Shown: positions 9,842 through 18,880 of the stretch, in pieces | How the letters are laid out: every line of letters starts with the position of its first letter | Position numbering within the stretch: the first letter of the stretch is position 1 | IMG/VR virus record: IMGVR_UViG_3300021425_003324 | Coordinates: 22,417 to 86,416 of that record | Reading direction: 5' to 3' (one strand) | Length of the DNA: 64,000 nucleotides | Origin: a virus | Lineage: Duplodnaviria; Caudoviricetes | Translations under genes and position numbers: made by a program | Notes under the pieces: generated by a model | Databases searched by the model: none | What the model saw: only the letters and a program-made list of their open reading frames with translations | What the model was told of the DNA's origin: nothing

Positions 9842-10330
9842 CTATTTATCCATATTTTTTAGTTTTTCTAACAGGCTGTTACGATCTGTAACTAAGACTC
9901 CTTCGCCTTGAATAATATTTTGCTCTGGATTAGCTTCTTTATCTAATTTTTCTTTCTTTAATTGTAACTCGACCATTTTTAACTTTTTATCTAATTTTGC
10001 TACTTTGCTATCTAGATTAACTTTTAACATTTGGCCAGCAACTTCGAAAATTCGACCACTAAATCTTGCTTCTACGTTCATACCTAAATCCATTAAGTCA
10101 TCATATGCTGCCATAGATTTTTCACTAACTTCATCTAGTTCTGCATCTCCTATATCTCCTAAACCTTTTACACTAGGTAATGCTGCTGCAATCTTATCAT
10201 ATTCTTGTAACTGTTCTAGGGTTTCAGTTGGAATATGGGTTTTTTTTGGTTTTTTTTGTTGCTTGTCGTCTTGGTTAATTATATCTTTTGATTCTGGTAA
10301 GTTAAGCAAATCTTCTAATTTTTTTGTCAT
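9842..10330 (-). CDS. terS: Terminase small subunit, T4 gp16-like
   Basis: Size, helical core DLMDLGMNVEARFSGRIFEVAGQML, C-terminal VLVTDRNSLLEKL, position upstream of terL. Confidence 0.65.
   Translation of the reverse strand: MTKKLEDLLNLPESKDIINQDDKQQKKPKKTHIPTETLEQLQEYDKIAAALPSVKGLGDIGDAELDEVSEKSMAAYDDLMDLGMNVEARFSGRIFEVAGQMLKVNLDSKVAKLDKKLKMVELQLKKEKLDKEANPEQNIIQGEGVLVTDRNSLLEKLKNMDK
9843..9850 (-). promoter_or_regulatory. Late-type promoter GATAAATA
   Basis: tatttatc on +, overlapping the terS stop, 21 nt before ATG 9821. Confidence 0.55.
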
Positions 10331-10351
10331 GACAAATTCTCTAATAATTAC

Positions 10352-10359
10352 TATTTATT
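10352..10359 (-). promoter_or_regulatory. Late-type promoter AATAAATA
   Basis: In the 30-bp gap before ATG 10330. Confidence 0.5.
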
Positions 10360-10360
10360 A

Positions 10361-10798
10361 TTACCTCCTTGCGCCATAATGAAAAATGTCATTTTCAGTA
10401 ATTACTCTAAAAATAATTCCTTGCTTTTTGCACCACATTTTTGCAGCGGCCCATTTAGCCTGATTTAAAATATAGTGTGCTTGATTATTCCTACTACGCC
10501 CAGTTTTTTCCTTAAGAGTTTGACTCGCAGGTTTAATTTCTATAAGTTCTGTTCTAACTTTGCCAGTCTTGTCGCTAAATTGGATTAAAAAATCAGGAAC
10601 ATAAATTGTAGGCTTGCCAGTTAATGGATTGATATAGGGAATTTTAATACCTTCTGATACCCATTGTGTTATACTAGGATGTTCGTCACAGAAGCGCATC
10701 ATAGTAAATTCCCAACTACTCCTATACAAAGGTGTACTACCACCTATGTATTTTTCTGGATTTTTACAGCGGAATCTACCTTGTGCAAAACGTGCCAT
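10361..10798 (-). CDS. Head completion nuclease, T4 gp4-like (TnsA-like PD-(D/E)xK)
   Basis: KNPEKYIG, YRSSWE, YVPDF...IEIKP, NQAKWAAA, FRVITE motifs. Confidence 0.92.
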   Translation of the reverse strand: MARFAQGRFRCKNPEKYIGGSTPLYRSSWEFTMMRFCDEHPSITQWVSEGIKIPYINPLTGKPTIYVPDFLIQFSDKTGKVRTELIEIKPASQTLKEKTGRSRNNQAHYILNQAKWAAAKMWCKKQGIIFRVITENDIFHYGARR

Positions 10799-10799
10799 T

Positions 10800-13700
10800 T
10801 TAAGATATTGTTATTGTATTCCACATACCAAAGTGAATAGAACATTGATATCCATATGTTCCCGGTCCATCAGTTGCTGTTGTCCAATCTAAATCACCCA
10901 TAGTTGCTCCTTGACCTGTTGCTCCAGATACTTGATTACCTGTGCCTGTGCTTTGTGAGGTTTTAATATAAAATGGATGACTTGATGCGCTTACGGAAAA
11001 TCTTACTTTATCACCGTTATTAAAACTTAATGTAGGTTGCGATGCGTTTGAATAACTACCTGATCTGTCATTACCTGTAAACAAATAGTTATTGCCACTG
11101 TTTGTGACTGTGATTGTATAATCGGGATTAAATGCAGGAGTTTGGCTTGTGTCATTTATAGTTACACTTGTGCTGGTGTCTACTATTGTTCCACTTGTAC
11201 TACCTGTCCTTATTTGTGCTTGGAATGTTTCTGCACCTTCTGTAGTTGTATCTGCAGTCGGTGTAACTGAAAAAGAACCTGCATCTGAGTTTATAGTAAA
11301 ACTTCCGCTTGAAGTACCAAAGTCTCCAGCATTTGTTACTGTCCAGTATAGTGTTGTACCGTTTGAAACATTTGTAGTTGTTACATTAAATGTTAAACTA
11401 CTACCTTCGTTAACGTTATTTGCAGCAGGTGATACATCATACGTAGGAGTTTGTGCTTGGCTTGTATCAATAATAGTAACTGATCTATTTAAACTCCCTG
11501 TAGCTGTGCTTGCACTATCTGTTGCTGCTAAGGTCAAAGTTAAAGTTTCGTTACCTTCTGTTGTAACATCATTGTCTAATGTAAATGATACAGAGCCTGT
11601 ATCGCTATTTATAGTGATATCTCCTGTTAATGAACCGCTGCTTAGATCACTTGCACTTATACCAGAGACTGTATACCCTATCGTTGTTCCGTTAATTACA
11701 TTTGATGTAGATACTGTAAATGTTACTGTATCTCCTTCGTTGATTGAACTTGCAGAAGATGTTAACGAATCATAACTAGGCCCAGGTGTTTGACTTGTAT
11801 CATTTACTGTTACACTATCACTTAATCCACCAGTGCTTGTACCTGCACTATCTGTTGCATCTAGTGTTACTGTTAGTGTTTCACTACCTTCTGTAGTAAG
11901 ATCATTTTCCAGCGTAATTGCTAATGACCCTGTATTGTTGTTAATCGTAATATTGCCTGTTAATGATGCTGCAGTAATATCATTTACATCTACGCCTGAA
12001 ATTGTGTATCCTATTGTAGTTCCATTTACTATATTTGATGTGTTGACTGTAAAGGTAACAGTTCCTCCTTCATTTACATCACTTAAATTTGCAGTAAATG
12101 AATCGTATGACAATACTGGAGCTTGACTTGTATCATTTATAGTTACACTACCTGATTCTGCAACCTGAGTACCACCTACACTGTCATTGTAAATTACAGC
12201 ATAAAACGTTTCTGCACCTTCAGTAGTCGTGTCTGCAGTAGGAGTAACTGTAAATGATCCTGCATTTGATGTTATTGTAAAATTACCGCTCGAAACTACA
12301 AAATCATTAGTTGGTATAACTTGCCAATAAAGAGTTGTTAAATCTGAAATATTAGTAGTTGTTACATTAAATGTTAAACTACTACCTTCATCTACATTAT
12401 TTGCAACCGGAACAACTAAATAGGTAGGTCCATCAGGTGTAAATGTAGTATTACCTAATGTAAATTTACTATTTGTAGTTACGTTTAATGGTTGTCGCCC
12501 GTAGCGGGAGAAAGCATGTCTATTAGGTGCGCCTACAAGACTTGTGGTGTAATTGCCATAATCTGTTGTACTGCCTGTATCTTGAATCACTGATTTGGAG
12601 TCGTTAATAAGTTTTTGTAGTATTTGTTCCGGAGTTAAACTTGGGTCAGCTTCTAAATGTAAAGCACACAGACCTGCTATTTGAGGACTTGCCATACTAG
12701 TGCCGCCAATGCTCATTATTTTATAATTTGTGTTTGCTGGATAATTATAAACTACATATCTATTTGAGTCATAAGTTGTAGGTGCAGAAGCCATAATGTC
12801 AGTTCCGGGCGCAAATATATTTACTGCAGGACCTCGCGCAGAGCTTGTTGCTGTTTGATCTAGATAAGTGGTATTAAAATATTGACTAGAACTCAAATTA
12901 CCTACAAAAAATGCTCTTGCATCATACGGGCTGCTAGGTCGATGGTAATAACGGGTTGTTGTAACTACACAAGAATTGTCATAGTCTAAACCTCCTACTA
13001 CGTCTGATTTATGACAATGATTACCTGCGGCTATACAAACTGTTACACCAGCATCAATTAATTCTTCTACTTCAACATCTGTAGGGGCATCTTGTCCTGG
13101 AAAGATTCTAAAAGGTGTACCACTACCAAATATTCTTTCACAAATTCCGTAATTATTCACAAGATCACTGTCTGTTTCGGTACTGTATGTCCATGCAGTA
13201 CCTCTATAATTTCCAGATGTAGGTTGACTAGTAAGATATGCACTAAAACCAAAACTCATATTAACAACCGTAGGTCTACCAGTGTAGGCAGGATCTAATG
13301 GGTCATTCTTTTTTGTGTGCCATAAACGAACAACATCATACACATCTGAGTAAGATATGCCGGTACCGCCGTCTCCACTGCCTTCTAGCCCATTGACTTT
13401 TACAGAGTAAATTGCGGCTTCTTTTGCCCAACCGTATGTTTTACCTGCTGCTATACCAGCACAATGTGTTCCGTGACCGTCAAAGTCTCTGTAGTGGTTT
13501 GCGCTTTGAGTTCCGGATAACCCGCTTGCTGTATACCAATCTATCTCAACTAATCTTGTATTTCCTTCTGAATCTTCCCATTCCGGATGTCCTGGTTCGA
13601 TTCCAGAATCCATAATCACTACATCTACACCTTTACCAGTTAAAGCATATTGATAACCGCCGGTAATTGTTGTTCCGTTGTTCCACGTATTTATTTCTTC

Positions 13701-14030
13701 TATCATCCGACGTAATCCCCAGTTTACGTCTGTATTATTATTTTCACCTCTGTAAAACGACCCTTCCTGTGTTTCAGCAAAGCCGATTTGAATGTCGTCT
13801 CTATCCTGTGCAGGAATTTCAACTGCATACACTCTTGGATCAGCCCTTAGATCATTTGCTTCTTGATCTGTAAGCATCCAATGGGTCATTCTTCTTGAAC
13901 CTAATCGTGGATTTGCTATAGCGACTGTACGATTAGGTATTGGTCCTTCCCCAGACGATGCTGCAAGTTCCGCATCAAATGCTTCTAAATCAACACCCTT
14001 TTTAACAATTACTACGTATTCTTTTTCCAT
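10800..14030 (-). CDS. Subtilisin-family (S8) serine protease with four Calx-beta/Ig-like repeats and a C-terminal cupredoxin-like domain
   Basis: Catalytic triad motifs VVIMDSG, DGHGTHCAG, GTSMASP; oxyanion AAGN; repeats VxEG...TTEGxET...INDTS; terminal SHPF...YQCSIHFGM. Confidence 0.9.
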   Translation of the reverse strand: MEKEYVVIVKKGVDLEAFDAELAASSGEGPIPNRTVAIANPRLGSRRMTHWMLTDQEANDLRADPRVYAVEIPAQDRDDIQIGFAETQEGSFYRGENNNTDVNWGLRRMIEEINTWNNGTTITGGYQYALTGKGVDVVIMDSGIEPGHPEWEDSEGNTRLVEIDWYTASGLSGTQSANHYRDFDGHGTHCAGIAAGKTYGWAKEAAIYSVKVNGLEGSGDGGTGISYSDVYDVVRLWHTKKNDPLDPAYTGRPTVVNMSFGFSAYLTSQPTSGNYRGTAWTYSTETDSDLVNNYGICERIFGSGTPFRIFPGQDAPTDVEVEELIDAGVTVCIAAGNHCHKSDVVGGLDYDNSCVVTTTRYYHRPSSPYDARAFFVGNLSSSQYFNTTYLDQTATSSARGPAVNIFAPGTDIMASAPTTYDSNRYVVYNYPANTNYKIMSIGGTSMASPQIAGLCALHLEADPSLTPEQILQKLINDSKSVIQDTGSTTDYGNYTTSLVGAPNRHAFSRYGRQPLNVTTNSKFTLGNTTFTPDGPTYLVVPVANNVDEGSSLTFNVTTTNISDLTTLYWQVIPTNDFVVSSGNFTITSNAGSFTVTPTADTTTEGAETFYAVIYNDSVGGTQVAESGSVTINDTSQAPVLSYDSFTANLSDVNEGGTVTFTVNTSNIVNGTTIGYTISGVDVNDITAASLTGNITINNNTGSLAITLENDLTTEGSETLTVTLDATDSAGTSTGGLSDSVTVNDTSQTPGPSYDSLTSSASSINEGDTVTFTVSTSNVINGTTIGYTVSGISASDLSSGSLTGDITINSDTGSVSFTLDNDVTTEGNETLTLTLAATDSASTATGSLNRSVTIIDTSQAQTPTYDVSPAANNVNEGSSLTFNVTTTNVSNGTTLYWTVTNAGDFGTSSGSFTINSDAGSFSVTPTADTTTEGAETFQAQIRTGSTSGTIVDTSTSVTINDTSQTPAFNPDYTITVTNSGNNYLFTGNDRSGSYSNASQPTLSFNNGDKVRFSVSASSHPFYIKTSQSTGTGNQVSGATGQGATMGDLDWTTATDGPGTYGYQCSIHFGMWNTITIS

Positions 14031-14037
14031 AATTTTC

Positions 14038-14868
14038 TTATATTAAGTTTACCCAAGCACCATTTTCGTAACCTTGGAATTTGTTGTCGGTTACATTGTA
14101 TATAATATCACCATTGCCTGCAGTTAAAGCATTTCTTTCTGTAGTAGTTAAAACAGGTGGTCTAAAAGCACCGCCAATTACTCTAGTTCCGTCTGCAGAA
14201 TTCAATGTTAAGGTACTTGCACTATCTAAAGTTATAGTACCAGTTCCTGAAGTTTCTAAGGCACTAAAACTTAGTGTTCCTGATGTTGAAAAGTCATCGT
14301 TTATCCATTGTGTACCACTCCATTTTAGGAATTGTCCACTTTGAACTGTAGTAATATTTGTATCAGACAAGTCGTTTAATACTGCATCAATATCTAGTAT
14401 TTGTTTCCAGTTGCCGCTATGAGCAAAATATGCATGACCTTCTGTGTGAGCGTGGGCAAACATTCCATGATAGGTGCTTGCATTTACTGTCGTATCTAAG
14501 GTGTTAAAATCTGCAAAGACGTTTGAATACCATAATTGGCCAGTTGTTACTAGATTACCAGTATCGTCGATTGTTATAGCAGAATTTTGCAGTGTATCAC
14601 CAGTTGTGCCATCAAACCGTACAATAGCATTATCAGTTGAACTTGCTGCTTTTGTAACATCTCCGGTTGCGGTTGCACTTATTACACCATCTACATCTAT
14701 TGTTATATTTGTACCTTGCTTTACACCACCTAAAACAGTATTAGTTGCAATAGGTAAAGTATATGGAGTTGCTGCGGAAGTCCAAGTAGTTCCGTCCCAT
14801 GTCCAAGTTATATCACCTACTGTAAGAGTATCGTTAAGTACTGGTGAATTTGGAAAATTAATTGCCAT
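14038..14868 (-). CDS. Tail fibre-like protein
   Basis: MAINFPNSP...WTWDGTTW start, YTLPIAT..LGGVK, STDNAIVRFDGTTG, C-terminal LTTTERNAL...GDIIYN...FQGY. Confidence 0.75.
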   Translation of the reverse strand: MAINFPNSPVLNDTLTVGDITWTWDGTTWTSAATPYTLPIATNTVLGGVKQGTNITIDVDGVISATATGDVTKAASSTDNAIVRFDGTTGDTLQNSAITIDDTGNLVTTGQLWYSNVFADFNTLDTTVNASTYHGMFAHAHTEGHAYFAHSGNWKQILDIDAVLNDLSDTNITTVQSGQFLKWSGTQWINDDFSTSGTLSFSALETSGTGTITLDSASTLTLNSADGTRVIGGAFRPPVLTTTERNALTAGNGDIIYNVTDNKFQGYENGAWVNLI

Positions 14869-14886
14869 GTTTATCTATTCCTTTTC

Positions 14887-15897
14887 TCATAAATCATGAA
14901 TAATTATCATGATTTCGCCTAAATCTAATGGAGTTTCATTCCAACGTCTAATTATAAATTCAACTCTGTCAACAAATCTTGTTGTGCTAATTTGTACTCC
15001 ATTTCCTGCTGTCCAGTTAGTACCATCATAAGACGCATTTACAATGTAATCTGTTCTAGCAGAGTAAGGAGATGGAAATGTAAGGGTATATACAACATCT
15101 AAACCTTGAGCTGATCCGTCACCGCCGGACTTTGATACAGTATAACCGGTTGTGCCCATCCATGTTGGATTGTTACCATTCATATTAATACAACCGATTG
15201 CAGTTGGTGAACTTTGTGAAGGACTGGAACCACCTTGTGGTGTGGCATCAACCCATTGCAAACTTGTACCGTCATTGTAATAAATTTTTAGTAAGCCGTT
15301 GCTTGAATTCCACCAAAGATCCCCATTAGCAGCAGTCACGGGAGCTGTATCAGAAATAGATACAGCAGTACCTGTCGTTAAATATCCAGCAGTTGAGTGA
15401 TCTCCCCAACTGTAAGCTGTATTCCAATTAGAAATTTCAGTATTTCCAATTCCTGCTGCAGGGCTTTGGGTAAAAACTGGATCAGTTTCTGTGTAGGCAA
15501 ATGTAGATGCTACCCAAGCTGTTCCATTCCATTTTAACAATTGGTTGGTGTCAGGACTATCTGTAAGATCAACATCTTGTAATGATCCTAAACTTATATC
15601 AGGTAAGGTAGTAAGATAGCCTGCATTGGCATGATTACCCCAGTTGTAAGCTGTTGACCAATTATTAATATTTTGTGTCGATATTTCACTTGCTGCGCTT
15701 GCTTCAAAAACAGGATCTGTTTCTTGGTAAAAAGTTAAGTAACCAGCCAAAGCATGATTACCCCAAGTATAAGCAGTGTTCCAATTGTTTTGTGAATTTT
15801 CTAAAGCAACTGTGCGAGAATTTAAGTCGGTAAAATTTCCATCAAGTTCTTCAAAAGTAAGTGCTTCGCTTTTGTTTAATCTTAGTATTATAGCCAT
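14887..15897 (-). CDS. Tail fibre-like protein with NWNTAYxWGxH repeats
   Basis: LRLNKSEALTFEELDGNF start; three NWxTAYxWGxHxxAGYLT repeats; GDLWWNS...QWV module. Confidence 0.75.
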   Translation of the reverse strand: MAIILRLNKSEALTFEELDGNFTDLNSRTVALENSQNNWNTAYTWGNHALAGYLTFYQETDPVFEASAASEISTQNINNWSTAYNWGNHANAGYLTTLPDISLGSLQDVDLTDSPDTNQLLKWNGTAWVASTFAYTETDPVFTQSPAAGIGNTEISNWNTAYSWGDHSTAGYLTTGTAVSISDTAPVTAANGDLWWNSSNGLLKIYYNDGTSLQWVDATPQGGSSPSQSSPTAIGCINMNGNNPTWMGTTGYTVSKSGGDGSAQGLDVVYTLTFPSPYSARTDYIVNASYDGTNWTAGNGVQISTTRFVDRVEFIIRRWNETPLDLGEIMIIIHDL

Positions 15898-16361
15898 TAT
15901 TCTACATATCCTGGTTCTACGTAATCAAAATTCATGTAATTTGTATCTGTAGTTTCTTCTTCGTCTAGTACGATAAATTCAGCTATGCCTGCAGTAATAG
16001 GATCATTTATATTTCGTAATTCAAATAATTTATCAGTTACAGGAGATCGATAACCCAATTGTGATGTCCTATCTCTGCTGCTGTTCAATATCTTTGTTAT
16101 AATAAAACTTAGTCGATTATTAGGTAAAATTTTTAACGTGTCTAAAAGTTGAAATATTTTTATTCCTTCTAATTTTGCTTGATTAAGAAGAACTTGGCTA
16201 ATAGTTTTAGCTGCACTTATTTCAAAATTCCGTTGAGTAAAAAATCCTACGGTTGCATCAAAATCACTCGCAGAAAATTCTAACGGTTTTGTAAAATAAT
16301 TGTCAAAAAATTGCACTATTTTATGATCATCCGTTATTGTTTTTGTAGGTAAATTAGACAT
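15897..16361 (-). CDS. Hypothetical protein, probably baseplate/tail
   Basis: 154-aa ORF coupled to the next gene; C-terminal DYVEPGYVE. Confidence 0.65.
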   Translation of the reverse strand: MSNLPTKTITDDHKIVQFFDNYFTKPLEFSASDFDATVGFFTQRNFEISAAKTISQVLLNQAKLEGIKIFQLLDTLKILPNNRLSFIITKILNSSRDRTSQLGYRSPVTDKLFELRNINDPITAGIAEFIVLDEEETTDTNYMNFDYVEPGYVE

Positions 16362-16375
16362 TTGTAACCTTTTTA

Positions 16376-17401
16376 CTATGGAAATTGTGCATTAGGTACA
16401 CCGCTTACTGAATTTTCAATAAAATCTGCTGCTTTTCCTTCTGCGAAACCTTGTAGTTCTTGTCCTAAAGAACTAGGGTCTAAATTTTGTATATTTCGTG
16501 CTAAATTTATACCTGCTAAAGCAGCTTGCACTGGATTTTTAAATCCTTGTCCTGTTGTAGCATAATCAAATAAATCTACTCCTCCGGATAAAACAGCTCC
16601 AAAACTTGCAGTTCCTCCTCCTGCTAGAGACAATGGACTTGGTAAGTAATCGTAATGACCCACTTGTGCAAATCCTTTTGGTATTTGTCCTTCATTTACT
16701 CCACCTCTATCCATCCATACCGTTTCATATGAAACAGTTATACTTAATTCATTAGTTTCTCCACCAGCAGATGCATCGACAGAACCGTAGCCTAATTCAG
16801 TTATTATAGGATTAACGAGTGTAAAAGTTGTATAAGTTTGTCTAGTAAGTTGACTCATTTGAATGTTAATAAAAAAAGGATTTGTAACTCCTCTATGATA
16901 TCCAAATAAGTCTGTATTTCGCTTGCTATTTTGATAAGTGCTATCTCTTGCTCCATACAGTTTATTGTAAGCTTCTGGCTTAACGTCATAATTACCATCT
17001 AGAAAGTAATAACGATAGTATGCTTCGAGCATTCCGCTTATTATCCCTTGATTATCATCATGGAAATTAATTGTAACTGGATTATAGGTTATCCCTGTTT
17101 GAATGTGTTTTGTCCTATTATACTTTTTTTTTGTTTCTACATTTGATGTAAAAGTAGGCAATTGGGCATTTTTAACTAACAATCCACTTTCTAAATCATG
17201 TTTTTTAGCATCCCAAGTAGGAAGTGTTTCTCTCAATGCAGGAGAGAAAGTAAAAGCTACATGATATAGGAATTTGGTTTTGGGAGCAAGCCTATAAGTA
17301 TTCTTTACAAACGTCTTATCAGCATGACGTGCGTCGCCTAAGTTTCCTTTAGGATTTAACGCACTTTCTGCTACTCCCTGTAAATAACCTAATACGTCCA
17401 T
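16376..17401 (-). CDS. Tail tube-fold baseplate protein (gp48/gp54-like)
   Basis: LVKNAQLPTF...YNPVTINFHDD...LSITVSYE pattern parallels the adjacent tube proteins. Confidence 0.6.
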   Translation of the reverse strand: MDVLGYLQGVAESALNPKGNLGDARHADKTFVKNTYRLAPKTKFLYHVAFTFSPALRETLPTWDAKKHDLESGLLVKNAQLPTFTSNVETKKKYNRTKHIQTGITYNPVTINFHDDNQGIISGMLEAYYRYYFLDGNYDVKPEAYNKLYGARDSTYQNSKRNTDLFGYHRGVTNPFFINIQMSQLTRQTYTTFTLVNPIITELGYGSVDASAGGETNELSITVSYETVWMDRGGVNEGQIPKGFAQVGHYDYLPSPLSLAGGGTASFGAVLSGGVDLFDYATTGQGFKNPVQAALAGINLARNIQNLDPSSLGQELQGFAEGKAADFIENSVSGVPNAQFP

Positions 17402-17415
17402 ATTATCCTTTTAGG

Positions 17416-18063
17416 TTACCCTGTTGAAGTAGTAGTGTTTGTTGTTGGTGTAGAAAGTTTCTTACCTACACCCGGATTATCAGTATGCGCGGATTGCAAT
17501 GCATTGTCATATCTGATGGTCAAAGAAATAGTATTTGCTGCTGACTCGGCATAGTTCAATGAATTGTAGTTTACACTTTGAATGTAGCATCCCATTAACG
17601 TAAAGGTTTCTATTACATATACATCATGGTATCCCCCTGACGCTGAATTTCCTCCGTCTAAAATTTCTATCCTCATAGTAAACTTATAATCACTTCCAGT
17701 TGCAGCACTAGATTGTTCGAAAAAATCAAATTGCTTTTGTAATTGTTCTCCCACTGCATTTTGGACTTTATTAGATATATCATCTCTAACATTTAAGGTA
17801 ATTGGCTCCCATGTAGTTTTTCCAGCTAAATAAATCCTTGAATTATAAGTATCTAATGTAATATCATCAAAACTTACATTAGGTTTTGATACATCAATTA
17901 CTTGTTGGGTTAGATAAGTTGAATCTCCAGTACCGTCGCTGTCGGATCCAAATTTAGTCAATATTACCCTGTATCTGTATTGGAGTTTAGGCATAAGTAA
18001 TGCGCCGTCCGTATCCTCATTATTTCCTACAACTCCAAAATTGTTCAAACTTGCTGTTGGCAT
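17416..18063 (-). CDS. Tail tube protein, T4 gp19-like (copy 2)
   Basis: LLMPKLQYRYRV, YLAGKTTWEPITLNVRDD, LTIRYDNA; SD AAGGAG. Confidence 0.88.
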   Translation of the reverse strand: MPTASLNNFGVVGNNEDTDGALLMPKLQYRYRVILTKFGSDSDGTGDSTYLTQQVIDVSKPNVSFDDITLDTYNSRIYLAGKTTWEPITLNVRDDISNKVQNAVGEQLQKQFDFFEQSSAATGSDYKFTMRIEILDGGNSASGGYHDVYVIETFTLMGCYIQSVNYNSLNYAESAANTISLTIRYDNALQSAHTDNPGVGKKLSTPTTNTTTSTG

Positions 18064-18146
18064 TTTTTTATCTCCTTAATAAATTTTACCCTATTCTGTT
18101 TTAGCCAGGAGTGATTACATCTTCTCCGGCAAGTTCAGGATCATTA

Positions 18147-18851
18147 TTATCCTGCTGAAACACCTGTGCTTAGTCCGGTACTTGAAGTTGAAAAGGTTGT
18201 TTGCTGGGTAGTGGGGTCAGTTGTATAGGTATTAATCGCAGAACTTAAAGCACTGCCTATTCCTGCACCCTTCCGTACGCTATCTGTTTGTACAGCATTA
18301 TCGTAACATATCGTTAGGCTAATAGTTTGTGGTCCGGACTCAGCATAATTCAAAGAATTATAACTGGCACTTTCTATCCAACATCCCAATAACGTAAAGG
18401 CTTCTAACTCCTCTGGTTTATGATAAGCATTTTTACCATTACCTTTTCCACCGTCTAATACATTTAAAACGAGCGTAAACTTGTAATCTCCTCCTGCTGC
18501 AGCACTAGATTGTTCGAAAAAATCAAATTGCTTTTGTAATTGTTCTCCTACTACCTTTTGTATATTTTTTTGTGCATCATCTAGTAAATTAATTGTTATA
18601 GGTTCCCAATTATGCTTTCCTGCAAGATGAACTCTAGAATTATATATATCAAGTGTAATTTTGTCAAAATTTACAGTGGGTTTTTGTGCATCAATTACCT
18701 GTTTAGTAAATTCTTGACTTAGGGACGTAGTAGAACCAAATCCCGTTACTACGACCCTAAAACGATATTGTAATTTTGGCATTAATAAGGCACTAACCCC
18801 TGCGTCATCACCCGTGCCTACTATAACACCAAAATTATTTAAACTAGACAT
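18147..18851 (-). CDS. Tail tube protein, T4 gp19-like (copy 1)
   Basis: LLMPKLQYRFRV, HLAGKHNWEPITINLLDD; directly after the sheath gene; SD AGGAG. Confidence 0.88.
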   Translation of the reverse strand: MSSLNNFGVIVGTGDDAGVSALLMPKLQYRFRVVVTGFGSTTSLSQEFTKQVIDAQKPTVNFDKITLDIYNSRVHLAGKHNWEPITINLLDDAQKNIQKVVGEQLQKQFDFFEQSSAAAGGDYKFTLVLNVLDGGKGNGKNAYHKPEELEAFTLLGCWIESASYNSLNYAESGPQTISLTICYDNAVQTDSVRKGAGIGSALSSAINTYTTDPTTQQTTFSTSSTGLSTGVSAG

Positions 18852-18869
18852 AAAATCTCCTATTTGTAA

Positions 18870-18877
18870 TATTTATC
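18870..18877 (-). promoter_or_regulatory. Late-type promoter GATAAATA
   Basis: GATAAATA-ttacaaat-AGGAG-atttt-ATG. Confidence 0.7.
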
Positions 18878-18880
18878 TTA

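Noticed and set aside
10361-10798. Tn7 TnsA transposase
   Set aside because: Motifs and context fit the T4 gp4 head completion protein; no tnsB/C or transposon ends.
11149-12126. Long plus-strand ORFs opposite structural genes (also 14474-14899, 37092-37514, 38038-38469, 49452-49826)
   Set aside because: Antisense shadows of Thr/Ser/Gly-rich coding sequence with no recognisable motifs.
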